Assembly (NCBI GenBank): GCA_002796135.1
Contig: PCWB01000055.1
Span: 22,109 to 86,108 of the forward strand
Length of the DNA stretch: 64,000 bases
From: Candidatus Omnitrophica bacterium CG11_big_fil_rev_8_21_14_0_20_41_12
GTDB taxonomy: Bacteria > Omnitrophota > Gorgyraeia > Gygaellales > Profunditerraquicolaceae
Direction: 5' to 3'
Part shown: positions 8,893 through 20,047 of the stretch, one piece after another
Layout of the letters: each line of letters opens with the position of its first letter
Position numbering within the stretch: position 1 is the stretch's first letter
Program-made: the position numbers and the translations under genes
Notes under the pieces: generated by a model
Database searches by the model: none
The model's input: the letters and a program-made list of their open reading frames with translations, nothing else
Told to the model about the DNA's origin: nothing

Positions 8893-10131
8893 ATGGCAAA
8901 GAAACCGACAATCTATCTGTTAGATGTAACTAACCGGGACGGAGTGCAGACCTCCCGGATCTGCCTTTCCAAGCTGCAGAAAACCATGATCAACTGGTAT
9001 CTTGATCAGATGGGTATCTTTCAGTCTGAGTTCGGGTTTCCGCTTACTCATCATGAAACTAATTATCTCAACGCCAACCTTGAATTGGTTAAATTAAAAG
9101 CATTTTCGCGGATTAGGCTGAGCGGTTGGCTGCGCGCCACAAAAGGTGATGTGAAAACTGCGTTTAAGCTGGTTCCGGATTTGAAATACCTGAATCTTTC
9201 TATCTCTACCAGCGATCAGATGATACTTCATAAATTCAAAGGTAAACTTGATCATCAGTCGGTAATTAAGGAAATGCAAGAGGCTACGCATGAGGCTATA
9301 AAATTAGGGGTAGAATCCGTGGGGGTAAACGCGGAAGATGCCTCGCGTACGAATTTAGATTATTTAATCGAATTTGCCCTTAAGGCAAAAGAAGCAGGTG
9401 CTAAAAGAATCCGCTACTGCGATACTTTAGGATGCGATACTCCTTTTAGTATTTATGAAAGGATAAAATTGCTAGCTGAAGCAGTAAAATTACCTATTGA
9501 AGTACACTGCCATAATGATTTGGGCCTGGTGATCGCTAATTCCGTTGCCGGGGCAAAAGCGGCAAGTGATGCCGGAGTAGATTCCTATATTAATACCTGC
9601 GTAAACGGCATGGGTGAACGGGCAGGGAATGCGGATTTAGTTTCCGTAATATTGGCAATTAAATACGGCCAGGGGATGCAAGGGTATCAATTGGACCAGG
9701 ATTTAAACTTAAAGATGGCTTGGAAGATCTGTAAATATGCCTCATATGCTTTCGGAGTGCCGATTCCCATAAATCAGCCGGGTATTGGGGCAAATGCTTT
9801 TGCCCATGAATCCGGGATCCATGCCGACGGAGCGCTCAAGGACCGGCGCAATTATGAGCTTTATGATTATGAAGGATTAGGCCGCGGAGAACCTGAAATT
9901 ATCGAAACCGGCAGAAATATTACTGCCGGTGAATATTCCGGGATCAAAGGTTTCCGCAATGTTTATGAAAAATTAGAGGTGGTTTTTAAAGATGATCAGG
10001 AGGCTACGAAAATTTTAGAGCTGGTTAGATATGCCAATGTGCATAATCAGAAACCTCTGGTTGACGATGAGTTGAATTTTATCGCTAAATATCCGGATAT
10101 TGCGCATAAGATATTTACCATGACACCGTAA
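8893..10131 (+). CDS. DRE-TIM metallolyase family protein (isopropylmalate / homocitrate / citramalate synthase-like)
   Basis: N-terminal LLDVTNRDGVQ, in the position of the TLRDGEQ pyruvate-carboxyltransferase motif, and HCHNDLGLVIAN, in the position of the HxH metal site. It is 412 aa. Substrate cannot be assigned from sequence alone. Confidence 0.45.
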   Translation: MAKKPTIYLLDVTNRDGVQTSRICLSKLQKTMINWYLDQMGIFQSEFGFPLTHHETNYLNANLELVKLKAFSRIRLSGWLRATKGDVKTAFKLVPDLKYLNLSISTSDQMILHKFKGKLDHQSVIKEMQEATHEAIKLGVESVGVNAEDASRTNLDYLIEFALKAKEAGAKRIRYCDTLGCDTPFSIYERIKLLAEAVKLPIEVHCHNDLGLVIANSVAGAKAASDAGVDSYINTCVNGMGERAGNADLVSVILAIKYGQGMQGYQLDQDLNLKMAWKICKYASYAFGVPIPINQPGIGANAFAHESGIHADGALKDRRNYELYDYEGLGRGEPEIIETGRNITAGEYSGIKGFRNVYEKLEVVFKDDQEATKILELVRYANVHNQKPLVDDELNFIAKYPDIAHKIFTMTP

Positions 10132-11409
<1,278 letters not shown>

Positions 11410-11429
11410 GTACTTGCAGGACAAAACAC

Positions 11430-11458
11430 TTGACTAAGAAAATCAGGTATGTTATATT
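11430..11458 (+). promoter_or_regulatory. Sigma70-like promoter for the OmpA-family lipoprotein gene
   Basis: TTGACT (11430-11435), a 17-nt spacer, then TATATT (11453-11458). RBS AAGGAGAGG and the ATG at 11502 follow. Confidence 0.45.
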
Positions 11459-11501
11459 GATATTTCAAATAAAACAGGTTACCCAGCCAAGGAGAGGACA
11501 G

Positions 11502-12149
11502 ATGAAAAACCATTTTTTTAAAACCGCTTTAATTTTATTCTTAATTTTTAGCTTAGCCGGTTGTACTTTTATTTTTCAAAAAGGCAGGCGTTCCGATGCT
11601 CAAAGGATCGATGAATTGACTGCTCAACTGGATGAGCTTTCCCGCTCCAAGAGCTTACTTGAACAGAAGCTTGGCCGGGAGATAAACGATAAGCAGATCA
11701 AGCTCCAGATGATGGAAAAAGGCCTGGTGATCACCGTGGTCGGAGATCTTTTGTTTGATTCCGGAAAAGCCAAAATTAAGTCCGAGGCTTATCCCTTATT
11801 GGATAAAGTCTCCTCGGTATTAAAAGATAATATGGTGCAATTTAATGTAGGTATTGAAGGCCATACGGATAATGTTCCGATTACGCGTTCAAACTGGAAG
11901 TCGAATTGGGAGCTTTCTAGCGCCAGGGCATTGAGCGTTGTGCATTATTTAGCTACAGATCAGGGTATCTCTCCTGAGCGTCTTTCTGCAATTGGTTATG
12001 GCGAGTATCAGCCGGTTGCTTCTAATGAGACTAAAGATGGCCGTAAGCAGAATCGCAGGGTTGAGATTGTTATATTACCGAATGTTAAAAAAGTTAAAGG
12101 AAATTCTGCCGCCTCCTCTGAATCGGATTTTGAGGGAAATCTTAAATAA
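11502..12149 (+). CDS. OmpA/MotB-family peptidoglycan-associated lipoprotein
   Basis: Lipobox LAGC after a hydrophobic signal, a short coiled coil, and a C-terminal OmpA domain (GHTDNVPI.., NRRVEIVIL). The ORF-track start at 11430 is the promoter -35, so the start was moved to the in-frame ATG behind the RBS. Confidence 0.7.
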   Translation: MKNHFFKTALILFLIFSLAGCTFIFQKGRRSDAQRIDELTAQLDELSRSKSLLEQKLGREINDKQIKLQMMEKGLVITVVGDLLFDSGKAKIKSEAYPLLDKVSSVLKDNMVQFNVGIEGHTDNVPITRSNWKSNWELSSARALSVVHYLATDQGISPERLSAIGYGEYQPVASNETKDGRKQNRRVEIVILPNVKKVKGNSAASSESDFEGNLK

Positions 12150-12151
12150 GC

Positions 12152-12547
12152 ATGGAATTTAAGATGGGTGAGGCTTTAAAAAATCGTCTGGTAATAATTT
12201 TAGCGGTATTAACGGCAGTGTTTTTTTTCGGAACACTTAGTTCTTGTAATGGGGCGCTGCGTCAGAAAAAAGCCCGTGAGCAAGAAATGGCTTCACGGCT
12301 TGCTCTTGAAGAAAGTATGAGTAAGTTTTCCCAGGAGAAGTCAGCTTTAGAAGAAAAAGCTAAGGCTAAGGAAAAAGAGGCGCAGGAATTAAATGATGAG
12401 CTTGAGGCGGCCAAGAAAACTATAATTCAGAATCAGCTAGTTAACCAGAGCCTTAAGGAGGAGTTGCAAAAAGAAAGCAAACTCAAAGAAGCTCTGGAAG
12501 AGAATTTAAAGAAAGCTGTGGCAGAATCAAAGAAATTTAAAAAATGA
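12152..12547 (+). CDS. Coiled-coil lipoprotein, function unknown
   Basis: Signal plus lipobox (LSSC), then an E/K-rich heptad-like sequence. A terminator-like hairpin follows it. Confidence 0.4.
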   Translation: MEFKMGEALKNRLVIILAVLTAVFFFGTLSSCNGALRQKKAREQEMASRLALEESMSKFSQEKSALEEKAKAKEKEAQELNDELEAAKKTIIQNQLVNQSLKEELQKESKLKEALEENLKKAVAESKKFKK

Positions 12548-12594
12548 AATAGAGGGAGGCCACAGAAGAGCATCAAGCGTGTTTTTTTCTAAAA

Positions 12595-12624
12595 GGGGGA
12601 GATTATCCCCTTTTTTATTGGAAA
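12595..12624 (+). terminator. Intrinsic terminator-like hairpin with T-tract
   Basis: AAAAGGGGGAgattaTCCCCTTTTTT, a GC-rich short stem followed by six T and preceded by four A, so possibly bidirectional. It lies between the coiled-coil gene and the DUF4912-like gene. Confidence 0.45.
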
Positions 12625-12638
12625 GGGGGGCAGGGAGA

Positions 12639-13613
12639 ATGAAGAGAATATTTAAGAAATCTAAAGAAGCGCTGAGCAAGGTTATCTCTAAAGTAAATTC
12701 CAAATTAAAATTAAAGAAAAAATTAAAACCTGCAAAAGCCGTAACTGCCGATGCACAAAAAGATGCTTTCGGGTTTCAAGAAACAGCGATTGCCAATACA
12801 AAGTTTTTCCATGCGCAGAATGTTTCGCCTGATCGTTCTATGCCGCAGGAGCTTCTTTCTTCTTATGATGTGGATAAAATTGTTTTGCAAGTTCGTGACC
12901 CTCATTGGCTGCATGCATATTGGGAGGTTAGAAACCAAACTACGGAGAGATTAAGGGTTAATTTGGGTGATCGGTTTCATGGAGCCAGGAGAGTTTTAAG
13001 AGTTTATGATGTCACCAGTATTATATTCAACGGCTCTAACGCTAATCGTTTCTTTGATATTGTAATCAATGATTTTGCCAGTAGCTGGTATATTAATACC
13101 GACGGCCCCGGCCGCTCCTGGTGCGTGGATTTAGGGTTGATGTTAACCGATGGATCCTTTATTACGATAATCCGCTCTAATGTTGTACAGACTCCTCTTG
13201 ATGGCCCGTCATGGATTACGGATGAAGAATGGATGATCCCCGATGATTTGTTTGCCAGGCTTTATGGAATGGGCTTTGGTTTAGGTAAAAGCTCACCGGT
13301 TGGAGGTGCCTGGCAGGAGCGTATAAAACAAGGGCTGTTTAGCTCAGGAATATCCTCCAGTCCGGTAAAAAAAGAGATCAAAGAAAGAAATTTCTGGTTA
13401 AAAGTTGATTGTGAATTAATTGTTTACGGAGCTACCGAACCGGATGCTTCAGTAACTGTACAGGGAGTGCCGGTTAAGTTAAGACAGGACGGTACCTTTA
13501 CCTTGCGTTATTATCTTCCTGACGGAAAACAGGTAATTCCGGTTAAGGCAACATCTGCGGATAAATTGGAAAACCGTACGGTCACCCCAATCGTAATTCG
13601 AGAAACCAAATAA
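12639..13613 (+). CDS. DUF4912-like protein (the GH57-associated family)
   Basis: A Lys-rich N-terminus, then a conserved W/Y-rich core (PHWLHAYWEV). It is immediately upstream of a GH57 gene, the usual genomic partner of DUF4912. The start was moved to the ATG at 12639 because the upstream part of the ORF contains the terminator hairpin. Confidence 0.45.
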   Translation: MKRIFKKSKEALSKVISKVNSKLKLKKKLKPAKAVTADAQKDAFGFQETAIANTKFFHAQNVSPDRSMPQELLSSYDVDKIVLQVRDPHWLHAYWEVRNQTTERLRVNLGDRFHGARRVLRVYDVTSIIFNGSNANRFFDIVINDFASSWYINTDGPGRSWCVDLGLMLTDGSFITIIRSNVVQTPLDGPSWITDEEWMIPDDLFARLYGMGFGLGKSSPVGGAWQERIKQGLFSSGISSSPVKKEIKERNFWLKVDCELIVYGATEPDASVTVQGVPVKLRQDGTFTLRYYLPDGKQVIPVKATSADKLENRTVTPIVIRETK

Positions 13614-13616
13614 AAT

Positions 13617-15197
13617 ATGACTAAAGGTTACCTTTGTTTAGTTTTACACGGCCATCTGCCTTTCGTGCGCCATCCGGAGCATGAAAATTTTTTGGAGGAG
13701 GATTGGCTTTATGAAGCAATCACCGAAACCTATGTGCCGCTGCTTTCTGTTTTTGAGGGCCTGGTTAATGACGGGATAGATTTTCGTATTACCATGACCT
13801 TAAGCCCGACGCTTATTTCTATGCTTGCGGATCCTCTTTTAGAAGAGCGTTATTTAAAACATATCAATCGGCTTATTGAATTATCTCAGAAAGAAATGGA
13901 AAGGACCAAATGGCACCATGATTTTAGAAGCTTGGCTCAAATGTATTTTGATAGATTTTCACATGCCCGGGATATTTTTCTGAAATATAATTGCAATCTG
14001 GTTTATGCTTTTAAAAAATTTCAGGATTTAGGGAAATTAGAAATAATTACCTGCGGAGCAACTCACGGATTTTTTCCTCTGATGGATGTCTGCCGGGAAT
14101 CGGTACGCGCGCAGGTAAAAGTAGCCGCGGATCATTATGAAAGTGTTTTAGGAAGAAGGCCTAAAGGTATTTGGCTGCCGGAATGCGGTTTTTGTCCCGG
14201 CCATGATGAAATATTAAAAGAAGCCGGAATCAGTTATTTTTTTACTGACTCTCACGGCATTTTGCATGGAACACCGCGTCCTAAATACGGAGTATTTGCT
14301 CCGGTTTATTGTAAAGGCACAGGAGTTGCTGCTTTTGGCCGGGACCTGGAATCTTCAAAACAGGTCTGGTCTTCCATTGAAGGCTATCCCGGTGATTATA
14401 ATTACCGGGAATTTTACCGGGATGTTGGTTTTGATCTGGAGTTTGATTATATCAAGCCTTATATCCATCCCGACGGGGTGCGGATCAATACCGGCATAAA
14501 ATATTATCGTATCACCGGCTCAAATAATCACAAAGAACCCTATGTTCCGGAGTGGGCCAGGGAGAGGGCAGCCGAGCATGCCGGTAATTTTATGTTTAAC
14601 CGTCAGAAGCAAGCGGATTATTTAAATAATCTTATGGGTAAGCCTCCGATTATTGTTTCTCCTTATGATGCCGAACTTTTCGGGCATTGGTGGTATGAAG
14701 GCCCCATATGGCTGGATTTTTTATTCCGTAAAGTTGCCTGCGATCAGCAGTCTATCCGCATGATAACTCCTTCTGAATATTTAGAGCAGAATCCGCGCAA
14801 TCAGGTGATTACTCCGTCGTTTTCCAGCTGGGGTTATAAGGGGTATGCAGAGATGTGGCTGCAGGGGACCAATGACTGGATCTACCGTCACTTGCATGTG
14901 GCTTCCGCCCGGATGACCGAGCTAGTCAAAAGTTTTCCTCATAGCGGAGGCTTGCAGCTGCGGGCATTAAATCAGGCATTGCGTGAGCTGCTTCTGGCGC
15001 AAAGCTCGGATTGGGGTTTTATCTTAGGCACCGGGACCCATACCAGCTATGCAGTCCGCCGGACCAAAGATCATCTTCTAAGGTTTAACCGCCTTTATGA
15101 AGATATTAAATCTAATCATATTGATGAACCGTGGCTCTCGGATATTGAATATAAAGATAACCTCTTTCCTAATATAAATTATCAGCACCATCAGTAA
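13617..15197 (+). CDS. Glycoside hydrolase family 57 1,4-alpha-glucan branching enzyme
   Basis: LVLHGHLPFV, WLPE, SPYDAELFGHWWYEG and ELLLAQSSDWGFIL match the GH57 branching-enzyme pattern (compared from memory with Thermus/Thermococcus enzymes). It is 526 aa. Confidence 0.8.
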   Translation: MTKGYLCLVLHGHLPFVRHPEHENFLEEDWLYEAITETYVPLLSVFEGLVNDGIDFRITMTLSPTLISMLADPLLEERYLKHINRLIELSQKEMERTKWHHDFRSLAQMYFDRFSHARDIFLKYNCNLVYAFKKFQDLGKLEIITCGATHGFFPLMDVCRESVRAQVKVAADHYESVLGRRPKGIWLPECGFCPGHDEILKEAGISYFFTDSHGILHGTPRPKYGVFAPVYCKGTGVAAFGRDLESSKQVWSSIEGYPGDYNYREFYRDVGFDLEFDYIKPYIHPDGVRINTGIKYYRITGSNNHKEPYVPEWARERAAEHAGNFMFNRQKQADYLNNLMGKPPIIVSPYDAELFGHWWYEGPIWLDFLFRKVACDQQSIRMITPSEYLEQNPRNQVITPSFSSWGYKGYAEMWLQGTNDWIYRHLHVASARMTELVKSFPHSGGLQLRALNQALRELLLAQSSDWGFILGTGTHTSYAVRRTKDHLLRFNRLYEDIKSNHIDEPWLSDIEYKDNLFPNINYQHHQ

Positions 15198-15204
15198 TCA
15201 GCAG

Positions 15205-15936
15205 ATGCCGGATAATCATAAAATCCCTCAACATGTAGCTTTTATTATGGATGGTAACGGGCGCTGGGCCAAGGAAAGAGGCCGGGCGCGTACCGCCGGG
15301 CATAAAGAGGGTATTGAGAGGGTTAGGGAGATTATCCGGGGCGCTTATGACCTGGGGATACGCACGGTCACTTTTTTTGCTTTTTCCACCGAGAACTGGA
15401 GCAGGCCTAAAAGCGAAGTCTCTGTTTTAATGCGTTATCTGGATAATTTTTTGTCAGGCGAGATCGGCCAGCTGCATAAAAATAATATCCGTTTTTTAGT
15501 TATTGGCCGTAAGGATCCGATCCCTAAATATCTGCAGTTAAAAATAAAGAAGGCGCAGGAGAAGACTAAAGGCAATACCGGTTTAAATTTTGTTTTGGCT
15601 TTAAATTACGGAGGCAGGCAGGAAATTGTCGATGGTGCCCGGGAATTCGCCAAGGATGTATCAGCAGGCAGAATTGAGCCGCAGAGCCTGAATGAAGAAA
15701 AATTCAGCCGTTACCTTTATACTGCTGATATCGGGGATCCGGATCTACTGATCCGCACCAGCAATGAGATGCGCATCAGTAATTTCCTGCTTTGGCAGCT
15801 TTCTTACGCTGAATTTTATTTTACGCCTATTTACTGGCCGGATTTCGGAATAAATGAATTAAAAGAAGCAATCTGCGAATATCAAAAACGTAAACGAAGA
15901 TTCGGAGGCCTAGATGTTGATCAAAAGAATAATTAG
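15205..15936 (+). CDS. uppS: Undecaprenyl-diphosphate synthase (cis-isoprenyl transferase)
   Basis: HVAFIMDGNGRWA and a C-terminal RFGG motif. Confidence 0.9.
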   Translation: MPDNHKIPQHVAFIMDGNGRWAKERGRARTAGHKEGIERVREIIRGAYDLGIRTVTFFAFSTENWSRPKSEVSVLMRYLDNFLSGEIGQLHKNNIRFLVIGRKDPIPKYLQLKIKKAQEKTKGNTGLNFVLALNYGGRQEIVDGAREFAKDVSAGRIEPQSLNEEKFSRYLYTADIGDPDLLIRTSNEMRISNFLLWQLSYAEFYFTPIYWPDFGINELKEAICEYQKRKRRFGGLDVDQKNN

Positions 15937-16708
15937 CGCCACAGTGCTCATCGGCATTATAGCAGGGGTGATTTTCCTAGATTGGCTATGTGCGCTGATG
16001 GCCACACTTTTTATCATCGGCGGGCTTTATGAATATTTTGTGATGATTGAAAATAAGGGGATCAAGATCTATAAATATTTCGGAATCGGAATGGGCACGA
16101 TTATTCCTTTGTCGATTATGTTGCGGTTTGAGCCGACAAAAAACTGGGAGCTGCTTTTTATTGTTTTGGCTTTATTTTTTCTTATCCTTATGCAGTTTAA
16201 GCGGCGGGATAACCAGGGAGTAATTGTAGATATCTCTACCACGCTTTTCGGTATCCTTTATGTTTCCTGGTTTTTTAGTTTTATTATTAAAATAAGGTAT
16301 TTACCCGGCGGCCTAGGGTATCTTGTGGCCCTGTTGTTGATTACTAAATTGGGGGATATCGGAGCTTTTTTAATCGGAAGCAAATGGGGCAAGCACCCCT
16401 TGCTTCTGCGGATCAGCCCGAAGAAAACGCTGGAAGGTTCAATTGGCGGTTTGCTGTTTAGCATTTTAGGGGCGTTTTTCTGCAAATCTTTTTTGCCTTT
16501 TAGTTATATCCAGTTGTTGATGATTGCAATCGGTTTATCTATACTTGGGCAATTAGGGGATCTTTCAGAGTCTTTGCTTAAAAGAGATTGTCAGGTTAAA
16601 GATTCAGGCAGTATTTTCCCGGGCATGGGAGGCGTATTAGATGAGATCGACAGCCTTTTATTTTCTGCCCCGGTATTTTATTTTTATTTGAGCTCGATTA
16701 TAAAATAA
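15914..16708 (+). CDS. cdsA: Phosphatidate cytidylyltransferase
   Basis: A multi-TM protein with a C-terminal CTP-transferase signature (KRDCQVKDSGSIFPGMGGVLD). It sits in the uppS-cdsA-dxr-rseP order. Confidence 0.8.
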   Translation: MLIKRIISATVLIGIIAGVIFLDWLCALMATLFIIGGLYEYFVMIENKGIKIYKYFGIGMGTIIPLSIMLRFEPTKNWELLFIVLALFFLILMQFKRRDNQGVIVDISTTLFGILYVSWFFSFIIKIRYLPGGLGYLVALLLITKLGDIGAFLIGSKWGKHPLLLRISPKKTLEGSIGGLLFSILGAFFCKSFLPFSYIQLLMIAIGLSILGQLGDLSESLLKRDCQVKDSGSIFPGMGGVLDEIDSLLFSAPVFYFYLSSIIK

Positions 16709-17862
16709 TGAAAAGAATTGCGGTTTTAGGTTCCAGTGGTTCAATTGGCCAAAGTACGCTTGCGGTAGCCAGGAGTATGCCCAGGCAGTTTAAGGTTGTA
16801 GCTCTAAGTGTTAATTCAGATATTGTTACCTTAAAGCAGCAGATCAAAGAGTTTAAACCGCGGTTGGTATGTGTAAGAGATAGTTGTGCAGCTTTTAAGC
16901 TAAAAGCCGATATTGGGTCTTTGACAAAAGTGCTTTCTGGCGATGAAGGCCTGGATGAATTGGTCAAAGATAAGGAAATTCAGCAGATAATGTTTGCGAT
17001 TAGCGGTTCAGCTGCGCTCGGTCCATTGATTAGCGCGATTAAGGCGGGCAAAGATATTGCCTTAGCGAATAAAGAAGCCTTGGTTATGGCCGGGCCGATT
17101 GTTATGCGTTTGGCCAAGAAATATAAAGTTAATATTTTACCGGTTGACAGCGAGCAGTCGGCGATCTGGCAGAGCTTGGGGGGGTTGGATGCGCATAATG
17201 TCAGGCAGGTATATTTGACTGCCTCCGGCGGCCCTTTAAGGAAATTAGCCGTTAATAAATTTAAAGATGTAACCATCGCCAGAGTATTGCGGCATCCCCG
17301 CTGGAAGATGGGCAAAAAAATTACGGTAGATTCGGCAACTCTGATGAACAAGGGCTTGGAGTTGCTGGAGGCAATGTTCTTATTTAATTTGGAAGCGGGA
17401 AAAATAAAAATATTAATTCATCCGGAGGCTTTGATCCATTCTATGGTTGAATTTAATGACGGAGTGACAATGGCGCAACTTTCGGTTACGGATATGCGCA
17501 TTCCTATTCAATACGCCTTATCCTTTCCTGAGCGTCTGAGCTGTAAACTCGGAGGAGTTGATTTCTACCGTTTAGGCAAGCTTCATTTTGAAAAACCTGA
17601 TTTAAAAAAATTTCCTTGTCTTAGGTTGGCAAATCAGGCAGCACAGGAATTGGGTTCGATGCCTGCGGTATTGAATGCGGCCAATGAAGAAAGCGTAAAC
17701 TTTTTTTTAAACGGAAAAATAAATTTTTTAACGATTCCTAAAATTGTGGAAAAGGTAATGCGCGCTCACGCCAAAATCACTAACCCGGGGCTGGCGGATA
17801 TTTTCGCTTGCGACCGCTGGGCTAGGGAAGAAGCCAAACGTGGGGCTTGGAGGATTAATTAA
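16708..17862 (+). CDS. dxr: 1-deoxy-D-xylulose 5-phosphate reductoisomerase
   Basis: N-terminal LGSSGSIGQSTL NADPH motif. It is 384 aa and in the conserved position. Confidence 0.9.
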   Translation: MKRIAVLGSSGSIGQSTLAVARSMPRQFKVVALSVNSDIVTLKQQIKEFKPRLVCVRDSCAAFKLKADIGSLTKVLSGDEGLDELVKDKEIQQIMFAISGSAALGPLISAIKAGKDIALANKEALVMAGPIVMRLAKKYKVNILPVDSEQSAIWQSLGGLDAHNVRQVYLTASGGPLRKLAVNKFKDVTIARVLRHPRWKMGKKITVDSATLMNKGLELLEAMFLFNLEAGKIKILIHPEALIHSMVEFNDGVTMAQLSVTDMRIPIQYALSFPERLSCKLGGVDFYRLGKLHFEKPDLKKFPCLRLANQAAQELGSMPAVLNAANEESVNFFLNGKINFLTIPKIVEKVMRAHAKITNPGLADIFACDRWAREEAKRGAWRIN

Positions 17863-17865
17863 AAT

Positions 17866-18948
17866 ATGATTGCTATAATTATTTTTGTCTTAATTTTAAG
17901 TTTACTGATTATCGTACATGAGTTCGGCCATTTTATCGCTGCCCGTAAGAACGGAGTGCGCGTTGAACAATTCTCGCTAGGTTTCGGGCCGCAGATTTTA
18001 AAGAAGAAAAAGGGGGATACGGAGTATAGCTTAAGCCTCATTCCTTTAGGCGGCTATGTTAAGATGGCCGGAGACAGTCAGGCAGAATATAAAGGCTTGC
18101 CTGATGAATATCTATCTAAACCATGCGGCAGGCGGTTTCAGATTATTTTTTTCGGCCCGCTGCTAAATTATATCCTCGGGTTTTTATTTTTTTGGCTGAT
18201 CCTTTTTATCGGTTATCCAAGCTTGACTTCTAAAGTCGGTGGCTTAATGGATGGTTACGGAGCCAAAGACGCAGGTTTACAGGTCGGTGATTCTATTGTT
18301 GCCGTAGATGGGAATAAGGTTAATTTTTGGGAAGAGCTACAGCGTCAGATCCGCGAAAGAAAAATAAAGTCAAGCGTTGACCTGGATGTTTTGCGCGACG
18401 CTAAAGTATTGAAATTTAAAGTTCTGATTAAGGAAAAGGTTGTGGATAGTCAATTGGGGGAGAAGCGCGCTTTAGGGATTATCGGTATTTCTCCCTTTGA
18501 TGAAGTCGTTGAAGTCAGGCACGGTTTTTTTGAGTCGGCATTGCTCGGAGCCCGTAAAACTATTAATCTGACGGTTATGACTTATAAGGGGTTATGGATG
18601 CTGGCCAGCGGAAAGATGTCGATGCGCGATTCGATGACCGGGCCGTTGGGGATATTTTTTATTACTTCGAATGCGGCAAAGCTGGGATTAATTGCGGTGC
18701 TGCATTTGATTGCCGTATTAAGTGTAAGTTTAGCGATCTTTAATCTTCTGCCGCTGCCGATTTTAGACGGCGGGCACCTGTTTTTGTTGGGGTTGGAAAA
18801 ATTAAGAAAAAAAGCCTTAGGCATTAAGGCAGAGGAAGTAATTAATAATATCGGCTTTACGCTGATTATTAGCCTGGCTTTATTTGTTACTTACAATGAT
18901 ATCGTCAGGCTTTACGGGGATAAAATTTCAAAATTAGTATCCAAGTAA
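17866..18948 (+). CDS. rseP: RIP zinc metalloprotease RseP (site-2 protease)
   Basis: HEFGHF zinc motif in TM1, an internal PDZ-like region, and a C-terminal LDGG motif. Confidence 0.8.
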   Translation: MIAIIIFVLILSLLIIVHEFGHFIAARKNGVRVEQFSLGFGPQILKKKKGDTEYSLSLIPLGGYVKMAGDSQAEYKGLPDEYLSKPCGRRFQIIFFGPLLNYILGFLFFWLILFIGYPSLTSKVGGLMDGYGAKDAGLQVGDSIVAVDGNKVNFWEELQRQIRERKIKSSVDLDVLRDAKVLKFKVLIKEKVVDSQLGEKRALGIIGISPFDEVVEVRHGFFESALLGARKTINLTVMTYKGLWMLASGKMSMRDSMTGPLGIFFITSNAAKLGLIAVLHLIAVLSVSLAIFNLLPLPILDGGHLFLLGLEKLRKKALGIKAEEVINNIGFTLIISLALFVTYNDIVRLYGDKISKLVSK

Positions 18949-18949
18949 T

Positions 18950-20047
18950 ATGGAAATCAAAAGAAGAAAATCTAAAATTATAAAAATCGGTAAAGTCTCA
19001 ATCGGGGGGCTAAATCCTATCGCGATTCAGTCGATGACGAAGATTAAAACCTCTGATGTTGAGCGCACTGTGCGTCAGATTAAACAGTTGGAGTCAGCAG
19101 GTTGTCAGATTGTACGTCTGGCGGTTAAAGATTTCTCCGACGCAGCGGCTTTAAAGCAGATTAAGACTAAAACCAGGATTCCTTTAGTGGCGGATATCCA
19201 TTTCGATTACCGTCTGGCTATTTCCGCTATTGAAAATGGGGCTGATAAAATCAGATTAAATCCCGGGAATATCGATAAACCTAAACAGATCGAGGCGGTT
19301 ATTTGCGCGTTAAAGTCCGCAGGTATTCCTTTACGTATCGGATTAAATAGCGGTTCGCTAAAGGATTTGGGAAATAGAAAATCCTCAATAACTGATAAAT
19401 TGGTTGCTTCTTGCATGAATTACGTCCGGAAGATCGAGAAGCTTAAATTTGATAAAATAGTAATTTCGCTTAAAGCTAATAATGTTTTAGATACAGTTGA
19501 GGCGTATCGTTTGATGGCTAAGGCCTGCAGTTACCCTTTGCATCTAGGAGTTACTGCAACCGGATCCCCTTATAACGGGATTATTAAATCGAGCATTGCC
19601 TTGGGGGCTTTGCTATTGGAGGGAATTGGTGATACAATGAGGGTGTCTCTTACCGATAATCCGGTAGAGGAGGTAAGGGCAGCCGAGTGTATTTTGGAAT
19701 CTTTAGGCAAATCTCACCCGGCAGTCGGAGTAATCAGTTGTCCTACTTGCGGACGCTGCGAAGTAGATTTAATCAACGTGGTTAAAGAATTAGAAGCTAA
19801 ATTGGCCGGTGAAAAGTATAAACAAACCGGAGATTCTCTGAAAGTAGCGGTAATGGGATGTGTAGTTAACGGCCCGGGGGAAGCAAAAGAGGCTGATTTA
19901 GGGATAGCTTTTGGAAAAAACCACGGAATTTTATTTTCACGCGGTAAAATTGTTAAAAAGATATCGGTAAAAGATTCGGCGCGGGTTTTGTTAGAGGAGA
20001 TTAAAGCAAGGAGAAAAAAACATGGCTCAACAATCGCTAAAAAATAG
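18950..20047 (+). CDS. ispG: 4-hydroxy-3-methylbut-2-enyl diphosphate synthase (MEP pathway)
   Basis: GcpE pattern including C-terminal Fe-S cysteines (CPTCGRC..., GCVVNGPGE). Confidence 0.9.
   Translation: MEIKRRKSKIIKIGKVSIGGLNPIAIQSMTKIKTSDVERTVRQIKQLESAGCQIVRLAVKDFSDAAALKQIKTKTRIPLVADIHFDYRLAISAIENGADKIRLNPGNIDKPKQIEAVICALKSAGIPLRIGLNSGSLKDLGNRKSSITDKLVASCMNYVRKIEKLKFDKIVISLKANNVLDTVEAYRLMAKACSYPLHLGVTATGSPYNGIIKSSIALGALLLEGIGDTMRVSLTDNPVEEVRAAECILESLGKSHPAVGVISCPTCGRCEVDLINVVKELEAKLAGEKYKQTGDSLKVAVMGCVVNGPGEAKEADLGIAFGKNHGILFSRGKIVKKISVKDSARVLLEEIKARRKKHGSTIAKK

Noticed and set aside
11430-11501. ORF-track start of the OmpA-family gene at 11430 (TTG)
   Set aside because: That TTG is the -35 hexamer of a promoter. 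The RBS-backed ATG at 11502 precedes the signal peptide and lipobox, so the shorter model was used.
12751-12954. 67-aa + strand ORF inside the DUF4912-like gene, and similar internal + strand ORFs at 14266-14499, 22021-22263, 36767-36964, 37082-37330, 40556-40792, 47931-48191, 56389-56592 and 57219-57401
   Set aside because: They are alternative-frame ORFs nested in longer genes and have no independent signals. The small-protein calls were kept only where the ORF occupies its own space (44819-45196, 62979-63332).
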